Part shown: positions 1 through 8,579 of the stretch, piece after piece
Layout of the letters: each line of letters opens with the position of its first letter
Position numbering within the stretch: position 1 is the stretch's first letter
Assembly (NCBI RefSeq): GCF_001434695.1
Contig: NZ_AZDI01000001.1
Span: 33,043 to 57,042, forward strand
DNA from: Dellaglioa algida DSM 15638
Lineage (GTDB): Bacteria > Bacillota > Bacilli > Lactobacillales > Lactobacillaceae
Length of the DNA: 24,000 bases
Direction of reading: 5' to 3'
Notes under the pieces: model-generated
The model's database searches: none
What the model saw: the letters and a program-made list of their open reading frames with translations, nothing else
Told to the model about the DNA's origin: nothing
Program-made: the position numbers and the translations under genes

Positions 1-1
1 T

Positions 2-1246
2 CCTTATTATTTTGATGCTATCATTAGTGAAGCAATTAAAAATTACGGATTAACTGAATCTGATATTATGAACCGCGGCTATAAAATTTATACGGCAATG
101 GACCAAACGCATCAGGAGACGATGCAAACATCATTTGACAATTCAGAGTTATTTCCACTAGACGCCGATGATGGAACGAAAGCCCAGGGTGGTTCTGTCG
201 CAATTAATTCAAATACGGGTGGTGTTACGGCAATTGTTGGTGGTCGAGGTAAACATGTCTTCCGAGGATATAATCGAGCAACGCAGATTAATCGGCAGCC
301 TGGATCTACCTTGAAGCCAATTGCAGTTTATACACCGGCACTTGAGGATGGTTATTTTTACGATTCGGAATTAAAAGATAAAAAACAATCGTATGGCTCA
401 AATAATTATTCACCTAATAATTATGATAATCAATATGCAGGAAAAATTCCAATGTACCAAGCGTTGGCGCTTAGTAAAAATGCGCCAGCAGTTTGGTTAC
501 TAAATAAAATTGGCGTTGAAAAAGGGTATGATTCGGTTAAAAAGTTTGGCATACCAGTCAAAAATTCCGATAAAAATTTAGATTTAGCTTTAGGCGGATT
601 AACAACCGGGGTCTCACCATATGAAATGGCTAGTGCATACACTGCATTTGCTAATGGCGGTGTCCAAAAAAAGGCTCATTTTATCACTAAAATTGTCGAC
701 GCTTCTGGTAAAACGGTCGTTAATAATTCGGATGATGGTGAAACTAAGGTTATGAGCAGTAAGATAGCTAAATCAATGACAAGTATGATGATGGGTGTCT
801 TTGAATCTGGAGGAACTGGTGAGTCAGCCGCGCCGTCCGGATACACAATTGCCGGAAAAACTGGGAGTACTGAAGCAAAAAAAGGTTCTACAAATGGAAC
901 AAAGGATCAATGGGTTGTTGGATACACACCAGACGTAACTGTAGCAACATGGGTTGGGTTTGATACAACGGACGATACGCACTATTTGAAAAATTTAAGT
1001 GGAGATATTGTTAACTCATTATTTAAAAGTGAAATGACAGGAATCCTACCCAATACAGCTAAAACAAGTTTTTCAACAAAATCGGCTAATGAATTGGCGA
1101 ATAAAACAACTTCGAATGACGATGGAGAAAGTATTTTAGGGTCAGTTGAAAAGCAAACAGATGAAATAAAAAATAAATTATCAGATACTGCCAAAAAAGC
1201 CCAAAAATGGCTTAGCGATGGGTTTAAAGGTATGTTCGGAAATTAG
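2..1246 (+). CDS. Class A penicillin-binding protein, C-terminal transpeptidase portion (5' end lies upstream of the window)
   Basis: The frame is open to the window edge: PYYFDAIISEAIKNYGLTESDI precedes the first Met at 68. Three transpeptidase motifs are readable: STLK (nt 305-316), SKN (LALSKNAP) and KTGS (AGKTGSTE). The C-terminal tail is low-complexity and Ser/Thr/Lys-rich. Stop codon ends at 1246. Confidence 0.9.
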   Translation, partial: PYYFDAIISEAIKNYGLTESDIMNRGYKIYTAMDQTHQETMQTSFDNSELFPLDADDGTKAQGGSVAINSNTGGVTAIVGGRGKHVFRGYNRATQINRQPGSTLKPIAVYTPALEDGYFYDSELKDKKQSYGSNNYSPNNYDNQYAGKIPMYQALALSKNAPAVWLLNKIGVEKGYDSVKKFGIPVKNSDKNLDLALGGLTTGVSPYEMASAYTAFANGGVQKKAHFITKIVDASGKTVVNNSDDGETKVMSSKIAKSMTSMMMGVFESGGTGESAAPSGYTIAGKTGSTEAKKGSTNGTKDQWVVGYTPDVTVATWVGFDTTDDTHYLKNLSGDIVNSLFKSEMTGILPNTAKTSFSTKSANELANKTTSNDDGESILGSVEKQTDEIKNKLSDTAKKAQKWLSDGFKGMFGN

Positions 1247-1322
1247 AATAAATCAATGCAAATTATGCCTAAAAATGATACACTGATTAGGTTAATATAA
1301 ACTATTATTGGAGGAATCAGAC

Positions 1323-1667
1323 ATGGTTGTTAATATTTATGATACAGCGAACCAAATGGGGCAAGATCTTAGTAAAACAGAAGAATATAAGGCATTGAAA
1401 TTAGCTTATACAAAGATGCAAGAAGATGAAAAAGCGTATAAATTATTTAAGGAATTTCAAACAATTCAAATGTCGTTACAACAAAAGCAAATGAATGGTG
1501 AAGAAATGACGGATGAAGAACTTGAAAATGCGCATCAACTTTCAGAAAAAATTGGTGAGTTTGAAGCTATTAAAGATTTGATGGCCAAAGAACAAGTATT
1601 AAGTGAAGTTATGAATGAAGTCAATTCAATTATCACAAAACCAATACAAGACTTATACCGTAATTAA
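1323..1667 (+). CDS. yheA: UPF0342/YheA (YmcA-like) family small helical protein
   Basis: GGAGGA at 1310-1315 lies 7 nt before ATG 1323; the track start at 1308 is a TTG overlapping this RBS. The product is 114 aa, acidic and helical. It occupies the position yheA holds next to yhaO/N/M in B. subtilis. A strong terminator follows. Confidence 0.8.
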   Translation: MVVNIYDTANQMGQDLSKTEEYKALKLAYTKMQEDEKAYKLFKEFQTIQMSLQQKQMNGEEMTDEELENAHQLSEKIGEFEAIKDLMAKEQVLSEVMNEVNSIITKPIQDLYRN

Positions 1668-1678
1668 TTCAAATAAGA

Positions 1679-1724
1679 ATCCTGGGGGCAAAGCAGTCTA
1701 TGTTTTGTACCAGGATTTTTTTTA
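1679..1724 (+). terminator. Rho-independent terminator after yheA
   Basis: AATCCTGG (1679-1686) pairs with CCAGGATT (1710-1717), followed by a T-run to about 1724. Confidence 0.8.
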
Positions 1725-1739
1725 TAAAGGAGAAGAAAA

Positions 1740-2960
1740 ATGAAATTTATTCATGCGGCCGATTTACATCTAGATAGTCCATTTGGCGGATTGAAAAATG
1801 TACCCAAGCAATTAATGAATTCAATTTATCAATCAACATTTAAAGCGTTGAGCAATCTTGTGGACACGGCTATTAGCGAATCCGTTGATTTTGTCTGCCT
1901 GGTTGGTGATTTATATGATTCAGATGAAATGAGCATTGTGGCACAGACAACGTTAATTGAACAATGTGAACGACTTCAAAAGGCCGGCATAAATGTTTAC
2001 TTAAGTTTTGGTAATCATGATTTTTCCGATAATAGGCAAAATCATTTGACATTCCCTTCGAACGTAACGCTTTTTACAAGTGAAGTTGAAACAGTGACAC
2101 ATGTTTTGGGCAATGGTGATGAGGTTCAATTAACTGGGTTTAGTTACGCACATAGATGGGAACCATCAAAAATTGCAGACTACCCAGTTCGGGGAAACGA
2201 AAAATGGCATATTGGATTGATCCATGGATCAAATGAAGGGTCAAGTTCAACGGTCGATGAAAGTTATGCACCATTTACTATTAAAGAGTTGTTACAGAAA
2301 AATTATGATTACTGGGGACTGGGCCATATTCACGTACGACAGGTTTTAAGTGAAGTGCCACCAATTATCTATCCAGGGAATACGCAAGGCCGCCATCGTA
2401 AGGAATCGGGCGATAAAGGCTTTTATTTGGTGAATAGCAAAGGAAGTAAATTATCTCCTGAATTTGTGACTTCTTCTACAATTGATTGGGAAACGGTTAA
2501 CGTTTCTATGGCAACAATTAACTCACTATCAGATGCAATTGATAAAATTGATCTTGAATGCCAAAAATTTTCTGATAATAAAGCGTATTTAATGGTGATA
2601 CAATTAACCGATTTAGATGATTTTAGTGAGTTATTATTAAATCGAATTCAAAATGGGGATCTGCTAACAGCGTGGATTCAAAAACATTCATCAGATAATT
2701 ATTATTGGATTGTTAAAATGAAAATGTTGGTTAATGAGAAAATGATCTTTGAATCAATTGACCAGGAGTACTGGGAAAAAAGTGCGAAGCGTGTTTTTAC
2801 GAATGATAAAATGACTGAGCTAGCTGATAAATTATTACAAATTCCGGAACTAAATACGTACCTGTTAGGTAAGGAACACATAGAAGAATTACAGGAAAGT
2901 GCGAAAGCATTGCTTCATGAAAATCAAGCGATTGAGGGCCATGATAATGAAAATAACTAA
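1740..2960 (+). CDS. yhaO: Mre11/SbcD-type metallophosphoesterase DNA exonuclease (YhaO, also called SbcF)
   Basis: AAAGGAGAAG RBS at 1727-1736. Calcineurin-like phosphoesterase motifs are present: HAADLHLD, GDLYD, GNHD, GLGHIH. The stop overlaps the start of the next gene by 14 nt. Confidence 0.9.
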   Translation: MKFIHAADLHLDSPFGGLKNVPKQLMNSIYQSTFKALSNLVDTAISESVDFVCLVGDLYDSDEMSIVAQTTLIEQCERLQKAGINVYLSFGNHDFSDNRQNHLTFPSNVTLFTSEVETVTHVLGNGDEVQLTGFSYAHRWEPSKIADYPVRGNEKWHIGLIHGSNEGSSSTVDESYAPFTIKELLQKNYDYWGLGHIHVRQVLSEVPPIIYPGNTQGRHRKESGDKGFYLVNSKGSKLSPEFVTSSTIDWETVNVSMATINSLSDAIDKIDLECQKFSDNKAYLMVIQLTDLDDFSELLLNRIQNGDLLTAWIQKHSSDNYYWIVKMKMLVNEKMIFESIDQEYWEKSAKRVFTNDKMTELADKLLQIPELNTYLLGKEHIEELQESAKALLHENQAIEGHDNENN

Positions 2961-5637
2961 AGTTACAATTTATGGATTTGGAAAATGGCACGATAAGACA
3001 TTTGACTTCAGTCAGACGAATCAAGTTATATTTGGATTAAATGAGGCGGGCAAGTCAACATTAACAACATTTATGTTAAGTATGCTGTTTGGATTTGCTA
3101 CTGCTAAAAAGAAATATCAGCAGTATTTACCTAAAGATGCATCTACATATGGCGGAGAATTAGAGTTATTAGTAGACGGCGTTTCCTACAGATTGACAAG
3201 AACACAGGGGAAATCCGGTGGAAAAGTAACTATTATTAATAATCAGTCCGGTGCGAGAGTCGCAAGTAGTCAATTACAGGAGTGGTTAAAACCAGTGGAT
3301 GAAAATCTGTATAATCAAGTATTTTCATTTAATCAACAGGCGTTGAATCAAGTGTTTGATTTAACGAATGAAGATTTAAATGAATACTTAACGACTATGG
3401 GTGCGGTTGGCAGTCAAGAATGGTTAGAGTTAATTAAACAGATACAAAAAGATGCAGATCAAGTCTATAAGCCGGCTGGTCGAGTAACGGAGTTAAATAA
3501 GGAAATTGCAGCATACAACAATTTAGTTGATAAGATAGATCGGGCTAAACAGAAATTTCCGGAATACGTAACAACGCAGAAAAAACTAGATCAAAATAAT
3601 GAAGAGGTTAAAAAATTACAAGCGGCACAGCAAAAGGTGGCAACGGATAAACAACGTTATGAACAACTAAAACAAAATTGGCCAATTTATGCGCAGTCAA
3701 AAACATTAGCAAATGAGCTAGAAAAAGTTGATGGGAATGAAATGATTTCCGGCGATAATTATCAAACGATGCAAAATTTGTTAGGGAAACAAAAAGTGAA
3801 CGATGAAAGATTAAAATCAATTAATCACAGTGCAACAAGTGAACAAGAGAATTTAGCAGCTTTAAATTTGATCAATTTTTATGAAGATAATCAGGATGCT
3901 TTTGATACATTATTTGTTCGTTTGCCAGAGAACCAACAACGCTTAGACAAAACGTTATTGGAACAGACAAACTTAGATCAACTATTAGCTGAACAAGAAA
4001 GATTAACGATTCAATATCAAAACTCACAGGGAACCATGCCAACAGCGTTTAGTACGGATGATCTTAAAAAAATTGTCGAATTAGTTAAACTTGAAGAAAA
4101 TTATAAAGTAACTTTGCAAAAAGTTGAACAAAAACAATTTGCGAAAAAGCAGGACGTTCTAGAGTTAAATCAAAAAATCAATCAAGAAAATCAACCGAAA
4201 AAAAATAAATGGTCTATACAACAAATGATGATAATGGGTACAATAGATGTTGCAATTGTTCTAGGTATATTGATCTTTAATCCATCAAAATTAATCGGGT
4301 GGCTAGGAACAGTTATAGCAATTGTATATACCATATATGCATTTAAACAGCATAATTTAAAAGGTAATCCGAGTTCATCACAATTAACGCAAGCTCAAAC
4401 TGAGCTTCAGACTATTAGTGCAGAAATCAATGTAGAACAACTGAAAATAGATGAATTAACGGAACAATTGAGGCAGGTTGCGGATGAGTTATCTGATTAT
4501 CAGGCACAATATGGATTAACCAATTTTCCAAAAAACCAATGGATTCCGATGCAAAATGATTTAAATCGACTCGATTCTCTGATGAGCCAAGTTAATCAAA
4601 AATCGATCGAGATTGATAATCTACTAAATTTAATTAATATCTATCTGAATCAGGCAAATTTTGCCGATAGTTTTTTAGCTCTTAATAAAAATAATCTGGC
4701 AGACAGCTTAATTAGAATTAGAGATTTTAATGATAAATTAAAACCATTAATTACTGAATCGCAGTCGATTAAGAATAAAATGAGTTATCTAGATGAGCAA
4801 AAAAAATATGAAAATAAAACACACGATGATATTTCGAATCAAATTAATGAATTATTGGCGCAGTATCAGTTAACGGACGTTAATCAGTTTGAAAAAAATT
4901 ATGATTCACAAAAACAACTTATTCAAGATAAATCTAAGCTAGATACGATTAACGCCCAATTACCTCCAGAAGTTAGAGCAGTACTTGATACATATGAATC
5001 TGAAGAAATTTTGAACGAGCATCTTGTTGAATCCACAGAGCAAGCAGCTCAAATCCAAAATGATATTTTGGATTTAAATCAGACTATTATTGATCAAAAA
5101 ACAACGTTACAAACTTTGAAAGCAGAAGGTAATTATACAGAGCTCCGACAAGATTTGGCTGAAAAAGTAACTGTTTTGAGTGAACTGGCCGATAAATGGT
5201 TAACTCAAAAATTAACGATTAACTGGATTAATGCGGCGCTACAAGATTCGTCTGGTGTTAGAATGCCACAGATGATTAAATTAGCTAACCATTATTTTGA
5301 ATTATTAACACTAGGTCGTTTCAAACAAATAAATAATTCAATGGGATTATTAACCGTCGTTTCTTCTGATATGGTATCATTTGAAGTGGGAGAGTTATCA
5401 CAAGGGACAGCAGAACAGCTTTATATCGCGCTTAGGTTTGCTTTAGTGATGACAATTAATGAATCAATTGAATTACCACTTATTATTGATGATGGATTTG
5501 TTAATTTTGATGAAAATAGAAAAAATGCGGTTCTGCGACTCATACGAGAAATTAGTGAGACAGTTCAGATTATATATCTGACGGCCGATAATTCGGGACT
5601 CGCCGAATTTGATAATGATAAGATAATCAAACTATAG
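2947..5637 (+). CDS. yhaN: SMC/Rad50/SbcC-like ATPase (YhaN, also called SbcE) with long coiled coils and a central hydrophobic hairpin
   Basis: Start chosen at ATG 2947 (MKITKVTIYGFGKW) because GAGGG at 2934-2938 is 8 nt upstream; the track start 2899 and ATG 2941 lack a usable RBS. Motifs: Walker A GLNEAGKST, signature-like LSQGTAEQL, Walker B/D-loop LPLIIDDGFVNFD. About 700 aa of heptad-rich Q/E/K/L sequence lies between the two head halves. Two hydrophobic helices are encoded at nt 4216-4344. Confidence 0.88.
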   Translation: MKITKVTIYGFGKWHDKTFDFSQTNQVIFGLNEAGKSTLTTFMLSMLFGFATAKKKYQQYLPKDASTYGGELELLVDGVSYRLTRTQGKSGGKVTIINNQSGARVASSQLQEWLKPVDENLYNQVFSFNQQALNQVFDLTNEDLNEYLTTMGAVGSQEWLELIKQIQKDADQVYKPAGRVTELNKEIAAYNNLVDKIDRAKQKFPEYVTTQKKLDQNNEEVKKLQAAQQKVATDKQRYEQLKQNWPIYAQSKTLANELEKVDGNEMISGDNYQTMQNLLGKQKVNDERLKSINHSATSEQENLAALNLINFYEDNQDAFDTLFVRLPENQQRLDKTLLEQTNLDQLLAEQERLTIQYQNSQGTMPTAFSTDDLKKIVELVKLEENYKVTLQKVEQKQFAKKQDVLELNQKINQENQPKKNKWSIQQMMIMGTIDVAIVLGILIFNPSKLIGWLGTVIAIVYTIYAFKQHNLKGNPSSSQLTQAQTELQTISAEINVEQLKIDELTEQLRQVADELSDYQAQYGLTNFPKNQWIPMQNDLNRLDSLMSQVNQKSIEIDNLLNLINIYLNQANFADSFLALNKNNLADSLIRIRDFNDKLKPLITESQSIKNKMSYLDEQKKYENKTHDDISNQINELLAQYQLTDVNQFEKNYDSQKQLIQDKSKLDTINAQLPPEVRAVLDTYESEEILNEHLVESTEQAAQIQNDILDLNQTIIDQKTTLQTLKAEGNYTELRQDLAEKVTVLSELADKWLTQKLTINWINAALQDSSGVRMPQMIKLANHYFELLTLGRFKQINNSMGLLTVVSSDMVSFEVGELSQGTAEQLYIALRFALVMTINESIELPLIIDDGFVNFDENRKNAVLRLIREISETVQIIYLTADNSGLAEFDNDKIIKL

Positions 5638-5647
5638 GAGGATTGAC

Positions 5648-6622
5648 ATGGCACAAGAAAAAAAGATATTTGAATATAAAGTTGATGAAAACGTGGCACT
5701 ATTCGTTTTAATAAAAAGTGCAGAAGTTCGAAATACGAAGAATAACAAGCAATTTATTGCGTTTAATTTTGAGGATAGCTCTGGTCAAATTAGTGCTAAG
5801 CTTTGGGATGCAACACCAGAAGCAATTGAGCAATTTCAAACAGGTAAAGTAGCCTTCATTAAAGGAAAACGAGAGGTTTATCAAAATAATCCCCAGATGA
5901 AAATATATCATATCAGATTGACTGAAGAAGGCGAACCTAACGACCCAAGCCAGTTTGTTGTTAGCGCGCCAATGAAGAAAGACGATATGGAAGAAGAATT
6001 CAACAAGGTTATCTTCGAAATTACTAATCCAAACTGGAACAGGATCGTGAGATACTTAATAACTGAAAAACATGATGACTTTTTCAGTTATCCAGCGGCA
6101 AAGAAAAATCATCATGCGTTTTCCGGCGGATTAGCCTACCACACGCTTTCAATGCTTCGGTTAGCTAAATCTATCGTTGCCGAGTATGGGGATGTAATTA
6201 ATGCGCCATTATTGTATGCGGGTGTCATCTTACATGATTTAGGTAAAACAATTGAATTATCGGGTTCGGTCGCAACAACTTATACATTAGCCGGAAATTT
6301 AATTGGACATATTGTATTAATTGATGAAGAAATTGTTAAAGCGGCTGGTGAACTTAAAATTAATCTTGAATCTGAAGATATGATTCTATTACGCCACGTT
6401 GTACTTGCTCATCATGGTTTACTGGAATATGGGTCACCCGTGCAGCCGCATTTAATTGAGGCGGACGTTTTACATCAAATTGATAATCTAGATGCTTCAA
6501 TTCAAATGTTGAAGGGATCACTGGCTCATACTGAAGAGGGCGAGTTTTCTGAACGGATTTTTGGGATGGACGGTCGTAATTTTTATAAACCGCATCTCAC
6601 TAATGATGAACTAAATAATTAG
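5648..6622 (+). CDS. yhaM: 3'-5' exoribonuclease YhaM (N-terminal OB fold plus HD domain)
   Basis: GGAGG at 5637-5641 overlaps the yhaN stop codon. HD-domain motifs ILHDLGK and LAHHG are present, with an OB-fold-like N-terminus. Size and position match yhaM downstream of yhaO/yhaN. Confidence 0.9.
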   Translation: MAQEKKIFEYKVDENVALFVLIKSAEVRNTKNNKQFIAFNFEDSSGQISAKLWDATPEAIEQFQTGKVAFIKGKREVYQNNPQMKIYHIRLTEEGEPNDPSQFVVSAPMKKDDMEEEFNKVIFEITNPNWNRIVRYLITEKHDDFFSYPAAKKNHHAFSGGLAYHTLSMLRLAKSIVAEYGDVINAPLLYAGVILHDLGKTIELSGSVATTYTLAGNLIGHIVLIDEEIVKAAGELKINLESEDMILLRHVVLAHHGLLEYGSPVQPHLIEADVLHQIDNLDASIQMLKGSLAHTEEGEFSERIFGMDGRNFYKPHLTNDELNN

Positions 6623-6632
6623 ACCAACTAAA

Positions 6633-6678
6633 ATAGACTCAGTGAAAGGCAAATCTCCTTTCATTGAGTCTATTTTTT
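6633..6678 (+). terminator. Rho-independent terminator after yhaM
   Basis: A 17-bp stem forms between ATAGACTCAGTGAAAGG (6633-6649) and CCTTTCATTGAGTCTAT (6657-6673), followed by a T-run at 6673-6678. Confidence 0.85.
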
Positions 6679-6680
6679 GT

Positions 6681-6710
6681 AAAAAAAACATCAGATTTAA
6701 TCTGATGTTT
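6681..6710 (-). terminator. Rho-independent terminator after prsA (convergent with the yhaM terminator)
   Basis: Read on the - strand: AAACATCAGA, loop TTAAA, TCTGATGTTT, followed by a run of T. That run is the complement of the A-run at 6681-6688. Confidence 0.85.
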
Positions 6711-6718
6711 TAAATGAA

Positions 6719-7624
6719 TTATTTTGCAGATGATGAAGATGATGATAAGTAACTTGAAAGAACATCTTTTAAGTCTTTATCTTTAATTGACACGTTACCT
6801 TTTTTAAGAACTTTACCAACTATTTTTTGTAATTTAGTTGAGTCAGCCATAGTTTCAGTAACAATTTGTTCTTTTAAGTCAGAAGTATGGTCGGCTTTTT
6901 TACCTTTACCGGCATTCTTAACACTTAAGATAACATCGTAACCTGAGGCTGTCTTAACTGGAGTAGTCGTATATTTACCTTGCTTCAAGTCAAATGCAGC
7001 TTTTTTGAATTCTGCTGTTAATGTTGTATCAGTGTTGTTGAATGGAGATAACGTACCACCAGTACTTGCAGAAGTTGTATCAGTTGATTTTTCTTTAGCT
7101 AATGCAGTAAATTTATCAGTTAACTTCTTAGCAGTTTTTTGTTCATCAAGTTGTTTGATGATATCTTTGGCGTCTGATTCTTTAGCAACTTGAATGCGTT
7201 GAACAGTAATAGTTGGTTGGTAAGCTTCCCATTGTTTATTTACAGCTGAAGTACTTAAGTCACTATAATCTTTAACGGCAGCTTTTAAAAGCAAGTTAGA
7301 ACGTAATTCTGCTTTAAAACTTGTTTTTGTCATGCTGTTTTGTGATAAAACAGATGAAAAACTTGATCCGTATTGAGCTTTATAAGTATCATATTGTTTT
7401 GTAACTTCTTTATCGGAAACGTCTTTACCATATTCTTTTTCCAATACTTTGTTCAAAATCATTTGTTGTAAGATTGATGTACCACTTGACGTTTTCTTCA
7501 AGCTGTCATAGTAAGCACTTTCTGTAACTTTACCACCTGAGGTAGTTGCAACTGTTGAGTTCCCACACCCCGCTAATGTAAATGTTAATAATACGCCGGC
7601 TAAAGCAACAAGCCATTTTTTCAT
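6719..7624 (-). CDS. prsA: Foldase lipoprotein PrsA (parvulin-type peptidyl-prolyl isomerase)
   Basis: Lipoprotein signal [20 protein letters not shown] with lipobox LAGC. Central parvulin-like region. Length and architecture are typical of Bacilli PrsA. The C-terminus ends in [12 protein letters not shown]. Confidence 0.9.
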   Translation of the reverse strand: MKKWLVALAGVLLTFTLAGCGNSTVATTSGGKVTESAYYDSLKKTSSGTSILQQMILNKVLEKEYGKDVSDKEVTKQYDTYKAQYGSSFSSVLSQNSMTKTSFKAELRSNLLLKAAVKDYSDLSTSAVNKQWEAYQPTITVQRIQVAKESDAKDIIKQLDEQKTAKKLTDKFTALAKEKSTDTTSASTGGTLSPFNNTDTTLTAEFKKAAFDLKQGKYTTTPVKTASGYDVILSVKNAGKGKKADHTSDLKEQIVTETMADSTKLQKIVGKVLKKGNVSIKDKDLKDVLSSYLSSSSSSAK

Positions 7625-7683
7625 AACCTAACACATCCTATTTCTTAAATTTTTTGTCTTTTCAAAGAAAGACTAATATGCTT

Positions 7684-7692
7684 AATATAACA
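7684..7692 (-). promoter_or_regulatory. Candidate extended -10 promoter element for prsA
   Basis: The - strand reads TGTTATATT (TGn plus TATATT) about 60 nt upstream of the prsA ATG. Only a weak -35 (TTTCAT, 16-nt spacing) is present. Confidence 0.4.
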
Positions 7693-7757
7693 TAATTATC
7701 GTGTAATGAAAGTAATTGCACAAAAATTCACAAAAAAATCAAACTTTAAACCGCTTG

Positions 7758-8081
7758 TTATTGGTACTTTTCTAATTTTTTATTAATTTTACGCAAGTTT
7801 GGCTCAATTTCGTAACTAAACTCGTTGATACGATCATTAATGGCATCAATAATGGGTGCAGTTTCATCAATAACAGTATTTAAACGATTTGTCGCGTCTA
7901 ATAATTTTTTTGATGAGTTGGCAACGCGACTGATATCATTTTGATAGTCAGAAAAATCTTCTTTCGCCTTTGCTTTTTTTTCTGTGATAAAAGTACTAAG
8001 CTCATCCCTATGCGTGTAAGCATAGTAAGCTGATCCACCAATGATTGATAGTAAAGTGAAACGTTTAACCGTTTTTGACAT
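7758..8081 (-). CDS. Small membrane-anchored coiled-coil protein (YtxH/DUF948-like general-stress-type protein; family assignment tentative)
   Basis: 107 aa with an N-terminal hydrophobic helix (FTLLSIIGGSAYYAY) followed by a charged helical region. Its ATG overlaps the hit stop codon (TAATG on the - strand at 8079-8083), which indicates translational coupling. Confidence 0.75.
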   Translation of the reverse strand: MSKTVKRFTLLSIIGGSAYYAYTHRDELSTFITEKKAKAKEDFSDYQNDISRVANSSKKLLDATNRLNTVIDETAPIIDAINDRINEFSYEIEPNLRKINKKLEKYQ

Positions 8082-8512
8082 TATTTTTCTCCAATCATAT
8101 TTTTGATTGATGACATCATTGATTCAAGTTGATCTGGCGCATACTTTTTTGAATTGTCCTTGAATGATATCTTAAAGGTATCTTTTGTCGTGTATCTAGG
8201 AATTAAGTGGAAATGTGAGTGGAAAACAGATTGGTAGGCAATTGCGCCATTATTATTAATAATATTCATACCCTGAATATCTGGATTACTTGCCTTAATT
8301 GCGGATGCAATCATGGGTATTTTGGCGAATACAGCACTTGCAAGTGCTTGGTCGTATTCAAAGATGTCAGCAACATGTTTTTTCGGAATAACAAGTGTGT
8401 GCCCTGGTGTTGTTTGCGAAATATCAAGAAATACCTTAATATTTTCATCTTCATAAATGGTAAAACTAGGTATTTCATTAGCAACAATTTTACAAAAAAT
8501 ACAGTCAGTCAT
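8081..8512 (-). CDS. hit: HIT-family nucleotide hydrolase (Hit/HinT)
   Basis: Histidine triad HSHFHLIPR and N-terminal CIFCKI motif. Start moved to ATG 8512 (MTDCIFCKIV), with GAAAGAAGG 7 nt upstream; the track start 8530 is a TTG. It sits divergent to ecsA, as in B. subtilis. Confidence 0.9.
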   Translation of the reverse strand: MTDCIFCKIVANEIPSFTIYEDENIKVFLDISQTTPGHTLVIPKKHVADIFEYDQALASAVFAKIPMIASAIKASNPDIQGMNIINNNGAIAYQSVFHSHFHLIPRYTTKDTFKISFKDNSKKYAPDQLESMMSSIKNMIGEK

Positions 8513-8546
8513 ATGTTTACCTTCTTTCAATGTTAAGTATGAACAT

Positions 8547-8552
8547 ATTATA
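8547..8552 (-). promoter_or_regulatory. Candidate -10 box for the hit operon
   Basis: The - strand reads a perfect TATAAT about 35 nt upstream of the hit ATG. No convincing -35 was found. Confidence 0.35.
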
Positions 8553-8579
8553 CATCATGAATGATAATTCAGCATAATA

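Noticed and set aside
430-1194. Two 70-aa - strand ORFs (430-642, 982-1194) inside the PBP gene
   Set aside because: They are antisense to a CDS carrying the SxxK/SxN/KTG motifs, with no independent support.
2899-2946. N-terminal extensions suggested by the ORF track. This one is for yhaN; similar cases are 1308 for yheA, 8530 for hit, 11490 for trmB, 13764 for usp, 14936 for sftA, 17509 for murC, 18977 for the BI-1 gene, 19803 for polA and 23354 for coaE.
   Set aside because: In each case a downstream in-frame start has a properly spaced Shine-Dalgarno sequence and gives the N-terminus typical of the family. The longer form overlaps the upstream gene or the RBS itself.
2797-3024. 75-aa - strand ORF spanning the yhaO/yhaN junction
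   Set aside because: It is antisense to two overlapping, motif-supported genes. It has no RBS and no recognisable features.
1740-6622. Rad50/Mre11-like ATPase plus nuclease plus HD-domain nuclease read as a candidate novel anti-phage defence cassette
   Set aside because: The gene trio and its flanks (yheA, prsA, hit, ecsAB) reproduce conserved core-genome synteny of Bacilli. There are no mobile-element or island hallmarks, and composition is indistinguishable from the neighbouring genes.
7656-7673. Hairpin GTCTTT-N6-AAAGAC in the prsA leader
   Set aside because: The stem is only 6 bp and AT-rich, with no T-tract in the transcribed orientation. It cannot be distinguished from chance.
7731-7757. 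Possible terminator after the YtxH-like gene (- strand CAAGC-N8-GTTTG followed by T7)
   Set aside because: The stem is only 5 bp including a G-T pair. The T-run is good, but the hairpin is too weak to call. Read-through into prsA cannot be excluded.
8219-8536. 105-aa + strand ORF antisense to hit
   Set aside because: It is fully nested antisense to a motif-supported HIT gene. It has Cys/Asn-rich nonsense composition and no RBS.
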